DNA from: an uncultured bacterium | GTDB taxonomy: Bacteria; Hydrothermota; Tepidihabitantia; Tepidihabitantales; Tepidihabitantaceae | Length of the DNA: 64,000 bases | Reading direction: 5' to 3' | Assembly (NCBI GenBank): GCA_965370805.1 | Contig: CBDUVZ010000002.1 | Location: 706 to 64,705 of the forward strand | Part shown: positions 18,122 through 27,739 of the stretch, piece after piece | Position numbering within the stretch: the first letter of the stretch is position 1 | Layout of the letters: each line of letters begins with the position of its first letter | Program-made: the position numbers and the translations under genes | Notes under the pieces: generated by a model | Seen by the model: the letters and a program-made list of their open reading frames with translations, nothing else | The model's database searches: none | Told to the model about the DNA's origin: nothing

Positions 18122-19096
18122 CTACTCGTCGCGCTGGTTTCTCTTCTTGTCGAACAGGTCAAGGAAGCGGTCTTCGTAGAGTTCAAACAGGCCCCAGCGG
18201 TCAAGCTGTTGTTTGAGCAGCCCGGCTTTCGAGCGGTCGTGCTGGACAAGTTCAAAAAGGCTCTCGATCCGGTCCATCGCTTCGTGGGGCTCCACTTCGT
18301 GGGGCCCGGGCTGTTCTCCGTCTTCGGCGGCTCCTTCCCCGGCCCGGATGTCCTGTTGGGAACCCTGTCTCATAGCCTGGAGCGCGGCGTTGACCCTTGA
18401 TTCGAACTCACCCAGCAGCTTATCGACTTCGGCTATCGAGCGGTCGATTCCGGTCATGTCAACGGCCGTATTGAGGATCCGCTCGAATACACGCACAATG
18501 GCCTTCGAGGACTTGGGGTTCGGGGTGTGAACCGCATACTGCGGCATGGTAGCCAGGAAGCAGGCGGCAGAAAGGTTCCTTGACCCTGCCAGCCCGAGCA
18601 GGAGACCGTTCAGGCCGGAGATGCGGCCCTGAGCCAGGGGTTTGACACCGTAGCTGGCGAAACTTCCTTTCAACCGGTCGCCGGTAGCCACGCCGAATAC
18701 TTCGACCGAGTCGCGGAAACTCATGGGCACCGCGAAGGCGGCCCCGGTGTAGACGGTCCTGACTCCGTGCCGCTGGGCGAAATCCAGCAGCTCATCGGCA
18801 ATGGCCATTCCCGCCTCGCCTCCGGCCTGGCTCTCACCTTCGAAGATCAGAACCGGCGGGTCCTCAATGAGATAGATGTTATGGTCCGGCGGCGACGGTA
18901 TCCGGCCGATGCCGTTTTCGACATCGACCGCCTCGGGAAAGAAGTACCGGGTCACGTCGATCCGGGCGCATAACGATCCCTTGAGTTTCTTCCGCAGGTA
19001 GGCGGCTGCCCCGAAGCCGACGTTACCCATGCCGGGCCAACCGGCAATCAGCACCGGGATGTCGGACCTGATTTCCTTCTCTGTTCTTATCGGCAT
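18122..19096 (-). CDS. PAC2-family protein (proteasome-assembly-chaperone-like)
   Basis: N-terminal IPVLIAGWPGMGNVGFGAAAYL matches the PAC2-family signature. Confidence 0.55.
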   Translation of the reverse strand: MPIRTEKEIRSDIPVLIAGWPGMGNVGFGAAAYLRKKLKGSLCARIDVTRYFFPEAVDVENGIGRIPSPPDHNIYLIEDPPVLIFEGESQAGGEAGMAIADELLDFAQRHGVRTVYTGAAFAVPMSFRDSVEVFGVATGDRLKGSFASYGVKPLAQGRISGLNGLLLGLAGSRNLSAACFLATMPQYAVHTPNPKSSKAIVRVFERILNTAVDMTGIDRSIAEVDKLLGEFESRVNAALQAMRQGSQQDIRAGEGAAEDGEQPGPHEVEPHEAMDRIESLFELVQHDRSKAGLLKQQLDRWGLFELYEDRFLDLFDKKRNQRDE

Positions 19097-19148
19097 AGTC
19101 GCATCTCCTTAGACGCATCCCGTGGGTTTTCGATTGTGGATTTCCGCA

Positions 19149-20770
19149 TCATCTCTCCCGGTGGCGCTGCCGGTGCAGCAACTGGGCGAAGGCGTTCTTG
19201 ACTTCGGTGATACGCAGCACCCGGGACAGGAAGTAGTAGCCGCCGACCCCGAGCACGCCGGCGAGCAGGACCTGACCGGCCTGGGTCCAGATTTGGTCCG
19301 AACCGACGCAGGTTTCCTTACCGACGCAGGTTTCGTAGATACGGGATGTTACGTATGCCAGGATGCCCGCACCCAGCGACGCAGCCAGGACGCGCAGGGT
19401 CACGGAAGCAAGTTGTCTTCCGTGCAGGCCGCCGGTCCTCCGGCGCAGCAGGACGAAGAGAACGGTAAGGTTGAGGACCCCGGTGAATGCCGCGGCGAGC
19501 GGAAAAGACCGGAATCCGATGAAGCGCATCAGCGCCAGGTTGATCACGATATTGACCGCCACCACTCCGACTGCCACCAGGGCCGGGGTTTTCGTGTCGC
19601 CGAGCGAATAGAACCCGGCCGCGCAGTTGCGGGTGGCGGCCGCGGCCCAGATGCCCAAACAGTAGAGCATCAAAGCCTGGGCGGTCAGGGTCGTATCCGC
19701 GGCGGTAAACCGGCCGTGCTGGTAGATGAGGCGGACAACCGGATGCGCCAGGACCAGGAGCAGAATCGCGGCCGGAATGGTCAGCGCGGCGACCAGTCCC
19801 ATTGCATGGCGAAACCGGTCCCGGATGGCCGCGGCCGACTGGCCTGCGGCCTGGTGTGAGTATTCGGCAAGCGCAACCGACCCGATAGCGGCCCCGAACA
19901 AACCCGCTGGCAGGTGCTGAATCCGGTACGCGTAGCTCACCCAGGTGACCGAGCCCTGGGCGAGAAACGTCAGCAGGAAGGTGTTGATGAGGAAGTTCAC
20001 CTGCCAGGTGGCATAGCCGAAGACCATTGGAATCCACCGGGTGAAGACCCGGCGCAGTTCGGGATTCCTGAAATCAAGCACGGGCCGATAGCGGAATCCG
20101 TGCCGGTACAACCGGGGAACCTGGACCAGGAACTGGGCGACTGACCCGAGCGTTACACCGCACGCCATACCGAGAATCGGGTTGAGCCCGCGCGCCCGGA
20201 ACCAACCGTAAGCCAGGAGCGGCACGAGAATAGAGACGACATTGAACGCAGCCGGAGCCACCGCGGGAGTGAAGAACGTCCCGCAGGCGTTCAGGATTCC
20301 CATCGCCCAGGCCGCAAACACAACGAACAGCAGGAATGGGAACATGACCCGGGTGAGGAGTACGGTGAGTTGGAGCTTGTCCGGCTGGTCTGCGAACCCC
20401 ATCGCTACGAGCCGGACGACCTGGGGTGTGAAAACAATGCCGACAAGAACGACGACTCCAAGAACCAGGGCCAGGGCATTGAGCATACTGGCGGCGAACA
20501 GCCAGGTTTTCTCGCGGTCTTCCTCTTTCAGGCTCCGGACCAAAGCCGGGACGAACGCGGCGGAAAGCGCGCTCTCGGCAAACAGGTCGCGGAAGAAATT
20601 AGGGATGCGGAACGCGACATTGAAAGCATCGGTGGCGAACCCGACACCGAACAGACCGGCGAACACCGATTCCCGGACCAGGCCGAGGACGCGGGAAGCC
20701 AGGGTGCCGATTGAGAACAGTCCGACCCGACGGGTGAATCGAGCTTCGGTCGAGTCGGCTTCAGGGACCA
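19149..20770 (-). CDS. murJ: Lipid II flippase MurJ (MviN)
   Basis: MurJ-family sequence (FGVGFATDAFNVAFRIPNFFRDLF...). Start set at the internal Met (MVPEADSTEARF). The upstream 143 codons of the listed ORF are low-complexity and overlap the divergent gene. Confidence 0.85.
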
Positions 20771-20841
20771 TCGGTCGAGTATAGACAGTTGCCGTTTGCG
20801 GACAAGCATTGATTTCCGGGCCGTGGATGGTAGATTGAAGC

Positions 20842-21546
20842 ATGAGCCACAAGCCCGAGGTCGTCAGAGTGAAGGAATGCGGAATCCGGCGCATCATGGT
20901 GAAAACCGGACTCCTGACCGAGAACGATAACCTGGTTGAGGCAGTACGTCGATTCGCCCGGCCGGTGCTGAAGCCCGGCGACATCGTAACGATTGCGGAG
21001 AGTCCGGTGGCCGTGATGCAGGGCCGGGCGATTCCGATTGACCGGATTCGGCCCGGCTTCTGGGCGAGTGTGCTCTGGCGCTTCGTGCGCAAAGTGCCGT
21101 ACGGGATCGGGCTGCGGAGTCCGTGGTCGATGCAGTGCGCGATTGACGAGGTCGGCGTGCCGCGAATCCTCAAAGCGTCGCTTGCCGGGGCCTGGGGCAA
21201 ACTGCGCGGCCGGCGCGGCGATTTCTACCGGGTGGCGGGCAAGCAGGCGGCGATGATCGACGCAGCTCACACATCGGGCGTGAAGGAGTTCTACGAGTGC
21301 GTCATCAAAGGTCCGGCGGACCCGGACGGCGTTGCCCGGGCAATGAAGGAAGCGACCGGATGCGAGTCCGCGGTCGTTGATGTGAATGATATCTTCGGAT
21401 GCGCGGTGGTCGGCGCATCGGACGGCCTGGACGTCGAGCTGGTGAAACAGGCGCTGGCCGACAACCCCACGGGCCAGGGCGATGCGATGACGCCGCTGGT
21501 CATCCTCCGGCCTGAAGGACCATTGACCGGAATAACCCGACAGTAA
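20842..21546 (+). CDS. CofE-like (F420-0:gamma-glutamyl ligase family) protein
   Basis: KPGDIVTIAESPVAVMQGRAI and VVDVNDIFG resemble CofE-family motifs. No other F420 genes in the window. Confidence 0.5.
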   Translation: MSHKPEVVRVKECGIRRIMVKTGLLTENDNLVEAVRRFARPVLKPGDIVTIAESPVAVMQGRAIPIDRIRPGFWASVLWRFVRKVPYGIGLRSPWSMQCAIDEVGVPRILKASLAGAWGKLRGRRGDFYRVAGKQAAMIDAAHTSGVKEFYECVIKGPADPDGVARAMKEATGCESAVVDVNDIFGCAVVGASDGLDVELVKQALADNPTGQGDAMTPLVILRPEGPLTGITRQ

Positions 21547-21555
21547 CCAGCTTCC

Positions 21556-21583
21556 TTGACAGCCTGCCCGGTCTGTCTAGAAT
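21556..21583 (+). promoter_or_regulatory. Sigma70-type promoter TTGACA-16-TAGAAT upstream of deoC
   Basis: Read directly from sequence. Confidence 0.5.
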
Positions 21584-21616
21584 GGGACGCTCCAGCAAAC
21601 CCATGAGGATATCGTA

Positions 21617-22276
21617 TTGAACGGCATCGCTGAGATTATTGACCATACCCTGCTGAAGCCGGACGTCACGCCGGCGGCGATTGAACGGTTGTGTGCCGAG
21701 GCGAAGGAGTACGGTTTCTGCACCGTTTGCATCAACCCGTGTCATGTACCGCATGCGGTCCGGCTGCTGAAGGGCTCCGATGTCGGGGTATGCACGGTTA
21801 TCGGGTTCCCGCTCGGGGCGACACTGACCAGGACCAAGGCACTTGCCACCGGGACTGCGGTCCGGGCCGGGGCCGATGAGCTGGATATGGTGCTGAACCT
21901 GGGTTGGCTCAAGAGCGGTGAGAACCAGGCAGTACTGGAGGATATTGAAGCGGTGGTTGAGGCAGCCCAGGGCAAACCGGTGAAGGTGATTATTGAAACC
22001 TGCCTGCTCACCGCGGAGGAAAAGGAGAGGGCAACACGGCTGGTCTGTGACGCCGGGGCTGCATTCGTGAAGACATCCACCGGTTTCTCGTGCGGCGGGG
22101 CAACCGTTGATGACGTGAAGCTTCTCACGAAGGTCGCGAACGGTGCAATCGGTGTGAAGGCCGCGGGCGGAATCAGGGACCTGGCGACCGCCCGGACAAT
22201 GGTCAAGGCGGGCGCGACCCGACTCGGCACGAGTTCAGGCGTGAAGATAGTGGAAGAAGAGAAACACAAGCAATAA
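21617..22276 (+). CDS. deoC: Deoxyribose-phosphate aldolase
   Basis: DeoC hallmarks: [37 protein letters not shown] start. Confidence 0.85.
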   Translation: MNGIAEIIDHTLLKPDVTPAAIERLCAEAKEYGFCTVCINPCHVPHAVRLLKGSDVGVCTVIGFPLGATLTRTKALATGTAVRAGADELDMVLNLGWLKSGENQAVLEDIEAVVEAAQGKPVKVIIETCLLTAEEKERATRLVCDAGAAFVKTSTGFSCGGATVDDVKLLTKVANGAIGVKAAGGIRDLATARTMVKAGATRLGTSSGVKIVEEEKHKQ

Positions 22277-22279
22277 TGG

Positions 22280-22370
22280 ATTGCGAATGGCGTTCAGCGA
22301 TGCAGGAGCAGATGCCATTGGATGGCTCCGTGACGAACTCGGCGTTCGCAACTCGCAATTCGACATTCCC
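22280..22370. repeat. Heptanucleotide REP-like element, copy E (both orientations)
   Basis: gcgaatggcg ... cgttcgcaactcgcaattcgacattccc, between deoC and kbl. Confidence 0.55.
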
Positions 22371-22384
22371 ATAAGGAGGACTGA

Positions 22385-23635
22385 ATGGCATTCGGCAAAA
22401 TGAAGGGGTTCCTTCAGGAAGAACTGAAATCGGTCAGGGAGGCCGGGCTCTTCAAGGAGGAACGGTATATCCTCGGCGAGCAGGCCGCGGACATCAGGGT
22501 TGAGTACCCGGAGGGCGCCAAGCCCGAGGACGTGTTGAACTTCTGCGCCAATAACTACCTCGGGCTGTCGAGTCACCCGGAGGTGATGAAAGCATCCAAG
22601 GAAGGTCTGGACAAGTGGGGGTTCGGGATGTCCTCGGTACGCTTCATCTGCGGCACCCAGGGCCTGCACCGGACCCTGGAGCAGAAGATAGCCGAGTTCC
22701 TCGGTATGGACGATGCAATTCTGTATTCGTCCTGCTTTGACGCGAACGGCGGCCTGTTTGAGGCGCTGCTCACCAAGGAAGACTGCATTGTCACGGACAA
22801 GCTCAACCACGCATCGGTGATTGACGGAATCCGGCTCTGCAAGGCCCAGCGCAAGATAGTCAACCATGCGGACATGGCCGACCTTGAGGCGAAGCTGAAG
22901 GAAGCCCGCGCCGACGGCGTGCGCTTCATCGTCATCGCGACCGACGGCGTGTTCTCAATGGACGGCGACATCGCCCGGCTGAACGAAATTTGCCCGCTGG
23001 CCGAGAAGTACGACGCGCTGGTGATGGTCGACGACTCCCATTCGACCGGCTTCATGGGCAAGACCGGCCGCGGGACGCACGAGTACCGCGACGTGATGGG
23101 CAAGGTGGACATCATCACAACCACGTTCGGCAAGGCGCTCGGCGGGGCGTCCGGCGGGTGCACTGCGGCGCGACAGGAAATCGTCGATATGCTGCGGCAG
23201 CGTTCCCGGCCGTACTTGTTCTCAAACAGCCTCGCGCCGGTGGTCGCCGCGGCGACGGTCAAGGTAATCGAGCTGTTGTCGGCGACGACCGAGCGGCGTG
23301 ACAAGCTCGAAGCGAACACGAAGCATTTCCGCAAGGCGATGACCGATGCCGACTTCGATATCGTGCCGGGCGACCATCCAATCGTGCCGATAATGCTCTA
23401 CAACGCCAAGCTGGCCCAGGACATGGCGAAGGACCTGTACTTCGAGGGCATCTACGTCACCGGGTTCTTCTACCCGGTGGTGCCCAAAGGCCAGGCCCGG
23501 ATTCGGGTCCAGCTTTCCGCAGGCCACGAGAAAGAGCACTTGGATAAAGCGATTGCCGCGTTCACCAAGATCGGCAAGAAGTACGAAATCCTCGGCAAGA
23601 CCAAGGACGAAATCATCGAGAAATACGGGCTGTAG
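22385..23635 (+). CDS. kbl: Glycine C-acetyltransferase (2-amino-3-ketobutyrate CoA ligase)
   Basis: Class II aminotransferase / Kbl family with the PLP-Lys region [22 protein letters not shown]. Confidence 0.85.
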   Translation: MAFGKMKGFLQEELKSVREAGLFKEERYILGEQAADIRVEYPEGAKPEDVLNFCANNYLGLSSHPEVMKASKEGLDKWGFGMSSVRFICGTQGLHRTLEQKIAEFLGMDDAILYSSCFDANGGLFEALLTKEDCIVTDKLNHASVIDGIRLCKAQRKIVNHADMADLEAKLKEARADGVRFIVIATDGVFSMDGDIARLNEICPLAEKYDALVMVDDSHSTGFMGKTGRGTHEYRDVMGKVDIITTTFGKALGGASGGCTAARQEIVDMLRQRSRPYLFSNSLAPVVAAATVKVIELLSATTERRDKLEANTKHFRKAMTDADFDIVPGDHPIVPIMLYNAKLAQDMAKDLYFEGIYVTGFFYPVVPKGQARIRVQLSAGHEKEHLDKAIAAFTKIGKKYEILGKTKDEIIEKYGL

Positions 23636-23659
23636 CCCGGGATTCTCGACCAGAGCGTC

Positions 23660-23685
23660 GGGGCGCAGGCATCCGCCTGCGCCCC
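23660..23685. terminator. Hairpin terminator (11-bp stem ggggcgcaggc/gcctgcgcccc) between convergent kbl and LVIVD gene
   Basis: Perfect inverted repeat followed by gcagtctttcc. Confidence 0.55.
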
Positions 23686-23698
23686 GCAGTCTTTCCGG

Positions 23699-26600
23699 CT
23701 ACCGGTCGAGCAGCAGCACTTTGTGGGTTGAGGTCCGGTCCTCAGACCTGACCAGCAGGAAGTGGACGCCGGATGCCAAACCTCTGACCGGAAGATTCAG
23801 ATTATGCTTCCCCGGGCCAAGCTGAGTCTTCGGGAAGGCTGTAACCTTCCGGCCAGCCGTGTTGTAGAGGCTGAAGGTAACGTCGCTGACGCTGGGGATT
23901 TCGACGGAGAGCCTGATGCGTCCACTCGTCACCGGGTTCTCCAGCAACCTGACTTTGTAGGCGTACAGTTCCTCGGTCGATGATTCCGCGATGCCGATAG
24001 GAAGAAGCTCGTATATCTGGAACCCGGCATAGTAGTCGGCTACGTAGATGTACGGGCTCACCGCAGCCACTCCGCGGGTTGAGCCTGGGGTGTTGTAGTA
24101 GCCGACTCCGTGCGGATTGACCGGGTCAGACACATCAATTACCCACAGTCCACCGGTTCTGCAGGCGACATGGGCGTACTGGCTATCGACTGCTACATCT
24201 ACGGTGTAGCTCGAACCAGACCAGTGGCCGACGTCACAGGGATTTGTCGGGTCAGACACATCGATCATGTGCAGGCCGCCTCGATAGCTTGCGACATAGG
24301 CGTACCGGCCGCGAACCGCGACGCCTCTGGTGTCGGAAATCTGACAGTAACCAACCTCATGTGGATTTGCCGGGTCCGACACGTCGATTACCCGCAAACC
24401 AGCGTCGTCAGCAGCCACATAGGCGTAGTCGCCTTGCACTGCGACGCCTTCGGCATTGTCCGGGGTCTGACAAGACCCAACTTCCTGTGGATTCCGAGGA
24501 TTGGATATGTCAATCACCCGCAAACCGGCGTCGTCAGCAGCCACATAGGCATGTTGGTTCTGGACCGCGACACTGTTGGCGTCATCCGGTGTAGTGCAGT
24601 AGCCCAAGGCTTGAGGATTTGCCGGGTCGGACACATCGACAATACCCAGCCCGGCATCGTCAGCCGCCAGATAGGCGAGCTGACCTATGACCGTCAGGCC
24701 GAACACTCTGTCCGGCGTGGAACAGTGTCCGACCTCTCGTGGTTTGGTGGAGTCGGCAAGATCAAGGATACGCAGGCCGTCATGGTAGTTGGCCAGGTAG
24801 GCGTAGTGACCTGCCACCGCGACATCCCTGGTTCTATCAGGAACGTCGAACTGCCCGACGAGATGGGGGCCACGTGGGTCCGGTACGCTGACTACCCACA
24901 GGCCGCCGTCTTCGTCGGCAACGTACGCATGCGAGTCGAAAGCCGCCACGGCGCAGGCTGAGCCATCAAGCTGGCAATAGCCGACTTCACTCGGGCTTGC
25001 CGGGTCGGACACATCCACCAACCACAAGCCGGCCTCGTAGTCTGCTACATAGGCGAACATGCCTCTGATTGCCACACCGAGGGCTCTGTCCGGTACCGGG
25101 CAACAGCCTGTCTCCCGAGGGTTTGCCGGGTCGGAGACATCTATCACCCGCAGTCCGTTCTCCCAGCTAGGAACATAAGCGAAGTCGCCCTCCACCCAGA
25201 CGTCAGCGGCGTGGCTTGCAGTGGTGCACTGGCCGACTCTGTGCGGGTCTGTCGGGTCGGAGACATCAATCACCCGCAGGCCGTTCAAGTAGTCGGCAAC
25301 GTAGGCGTACTGTCCTTCGACCGCAACACCACAGGGGTCGTCAAAGGCATCACAGCGTCCGACCCCGGTCGGGTTTGCCGGGTCGGATACATCCACTACC
25401 CACAATCCGTCGGAGCAGTCAGTCACGTAGGCATATTGACCCTTGATCGCCACACTGGTGGCTTCCTCCGGGTCACGGCACCAACCGACCTCAAACGGCC
25501 CGGTTGGGTCAGTGATATCGATAACGCATAGTCCTTCCTCCTCGGCCGCCAGATAGGCATATCCGTTTTCCACGGCCACGCCCTGGACGAAACCCGGGAT
25601 GTGGCAGGAACCGACTTCATGTGGGTCGGTTGGGTCGGAGATATCGATCACCCGCAACCCCCAGTCCTCGTCGACGACGTAGGCGTACTGGCCCTGGAAT
25701 GCGACATCAACGGCCATGCCCGGAATCAAACAGTAGCCTACTTCCTGGGGGCCGGTCGGGCAGGACACATCGATTACTTGCAGGCCGTTCTGGTAGTCGG
25801 CGACATAGGCGTGCTGACCTGTAATCGCGACGCTCTGCGCGTCAACGATGTCCTCAAAGCAGCCGATCTCCACCGGTTCTCCCGGGTTCGACGCGTCGAT
25901 GATTCGGAGGCCCTCGTCGCTGGCCGCTACGTAAATGTGCCAGCCAACGGCCTCGACGCCAATAGCGTCGCTTGGTGTTTCACAATGGCCGATTTCCCGT
26001 GGATTGGAGGGATCGGCGATGCTGATGACCCGCAGACCTTCAGCCAAGTCAGCTACGTACGCAAACCAGGCTGCGACCGTGACGTCACAGGCACAATCCT
26101 GTGTCTCGCAGACACCCACTTCGTACGGGTTTGACGGGTCCGATACGTCGACTACCTGCAGGCCTTCATTCCCACCGGCCACATAAGCATACTGGCCGCG
26201 AACCGCTACTCCGTAGGCGTAATCTGGAGCAACGGCGGAGCCGACCTCGTGGGGGTGCACCGGATCAGACACATCGACCACGCAGAGGCCGGAGTTGCCG
26301 TTGGCCAGGTAGGCAAGGTTCCCCACAACCACGACTTCCTCGGTGTAGCTGCTCGTGCCGTGCCCACCGAGCCTCGTCGGTTCCGACGCTGATGAAACAT
26401 CCCAGATATCGAGCCCTGCGGATTTCGCCGCCACGTACAGCCTCTGTGTTGAGCTTTCGTAGAAGAGGCCCTTGACCACACCACGGGTACGGATCGGCTC
26501 ACCGGTCTCTCGGGGTTGGTTGAGATTGGAAACGTCGAGGATATACACCGCGCCGCCGGACCCGCAGAACGCGAGTTGTCGGACGGTATCGACGGCGACC

Positions 26601-26719
26601 GCATAGCACGGCCCGAACGGCCAGTTGCCGATGAATCTGACATTCAGGGAATCGCTGCCAACAGCCGTTCCACAGACCACCAGAATCAGGCCGAAAACCG
26701 CCAAGACTTTCTTCTTCAT
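23699..26719 (-). CDS. LVIVD-repeat beta-propeller protein with T9SS C-terminal sorting domain
   Basis: About 20 repeats of AY.VAV.G.YAYVAD...GL.VIDVSDP..P.EVG. Start at MKKKVLAVFGLILVV signal peptide. C-terminus is T9SS-CTD-like. Confidence 0.8.
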   Translation of the reverse strand: MKKKVLAVFGLILVVCGTAVGSDSLNVRFIGNWPFGPCYAVAVDTVRQLAFCGSGGAVYILDVSNLNQPRETGEPIRTRGVVKGLFYESSTQRLYVAAKSAGLDIWDVSSASEPTRLGGHGTSSYTEEVVVVGNLAYLANGNSGLCVVDVSDPVHPHEVGSAVAPDYAYGVAVRGQYAYVAGGNEGLQVVDVSDPSNPYEVGVCETQDCACDVTVAAWFAYVADLAEGLRVISIADPSNPREIGHCETPSDAIGVEAVGWHIYVAASDEGLRIIDASNPGEPVEIGCFEDIVDAQSVAITGQHAYVADYQNGLQVIDVSCPTGPQEVGYCLIPGMAVDVAFQGQYAYVVDEDWGLRVIDISDPTDPHEVGSCHIPGFVQGVAVENGYAYLAAEEEGLCVIDITDPTGPFEVGWCRDPEEATSVAIKGQYAYVTDCSDGLWVVDVSDPANPTGVGRCDAFDDPCGVAVEGQYAYVADYLNGLRVIDVSDPTDPHRVGQCTTASHAADVWVEGDFAYVPSWENGLRVIDVSDPANPRETGCCPVPDRALGVAIRGMFAYVADYEAGLWLVDVSDPASPSEVGYCQLDGSACAVAAFDSHAYVADEDGGLWVVSVPDPRGPHLVGQFDVPDRTRDVAVAGHYAYLANYHDGLRILDLADSTKPREVGHCSTPDRVFGLTVIGQLAYLAADDAGLGIVDVSDPANPQALGYCTTPDDANSVAVQNQHAYVAADDAGLRVIDISNPRNPQEVGSCQTPDNAEGVAVQGDYAYVAADDAGLRVIDVSDPANPHEVGYCQISDTRGVAVRGRYAYVASYRGGLHMIDVSDPTNPCDVGHWSGSSYTVDVAVDSQYAHVACRTGGLWVIDVSDPVNPHGVGYYNTPGSTRGVAAVSPYIYVADYYAGFQIYELLPIGIAESSTEELYAYKVRLLENPVTSGRIRLSVEIPSVSDVTFSLYNTAGRKVTAFPKTQLGPGKHNLNLPVRGLASGVHFLLVRSEDRTSTHKVLLLDR

Positions 26720-27312
26720 CGTAACCTCCCTAATCATGGGGTCGGCGGGAATCCCGAGACAGTTGTCTCTGCTGTGGCACCCGAAGTAGTGCGCCGCAGA
26801 AGCCTCGGGGTTCCTATCCCTACCCTCAATCAGGATATGGGAGCAGCAACTGATGTCAAGGCATCGCCGCCCACCGCCAGCAGACTGGGTTTCAGTTCCC
26901 GGCGCGGGCCGATGCGGGCCTCCTGCTTCCGTTTCTGCCCCGGAACCTGACCGGCATACTTACAAACCACCTGGAATCGTGACTGACAGCGGTTCTGGCC
27001 GTAATCCTGGCATGGCTTCTGGATGTCAGGCTGCATAAGTATCTGAAAAGGCTGCTGGATACGACCTTGTCTGTATGGCTGGGGTACGTCCTCGTTGGGA
27101 TTCTGTAACCGATGCTGGCGGTTCATCTGGTTCGGCATCTGACCAGGGGGGTGACTTCCCTGGTGATTTAGATTGCGGCTCTGCAATTTCCGACCTGGCA
27201 ACCGTTAGTTTCCGGGTCCTTTCCGGCTCTATCTATGTAACGACACAGAAAGAAAGGTCGGGCCGGAGGAAACAAGCTGACAGATGGCTATGAAGAAAGG
27301 AGCTGATGACTC

Positions 27313-27681
27313 ATGGCAGTTGATGCAGAGAAGAGAATCCGACATTGGGACCAGAAGTTCAAGACCGACCGGGTCAAGGCGTCGCTGGACGCGCTGCGGC
27401 CCGGGATGCTTGAGCATGTCAAGCAGGCGTTTGCCGCGCTTGTCGAGATGGAGACCCAGGTGAAGCAGGTGCTGGACGGGGCCGGCGTTCAGACCATTCT
27501 GTACGTCGCTTACCTGAACTTCGGCCGGCAACTGCACAAGTTGTCGCGGCAGAAGAACGTCTCGGGTCCGTCGTTTGCGCTGGCGGCCCAGGTGCTGCTG
27601 GATAAATGGGCAAGTCGCAGCCTGGACCCGGATGTGCTCGCCACAATCAGGAACGAAGTCTTCAATATCGGCCCGCCGTAA
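27313..27681 (+). CDS. Hypothetical protein (122 aa)
   Basis: Genome-typical GC3 codon usage and an AAGGAG RBS. No recognisable motif. Confidence 0.4.
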   Translation: MAVDAEKRIRHWDQKFKTDRVKASLDALRPGMLEHVKQAFAALVEMETQVKQVLDGAGVQTILYVAYLNFGRQLHKLSRQKNVSGPSFALAAQVLLDKWASRSLDPDVLATIRNEVFNIGPP

Positions 27682-27739
27682 AAGAAAGAGAGGAGCCGGC
27701 AACCCATGCTGCCGGCTCCTGAAGGTCAGGCGGAACGAG

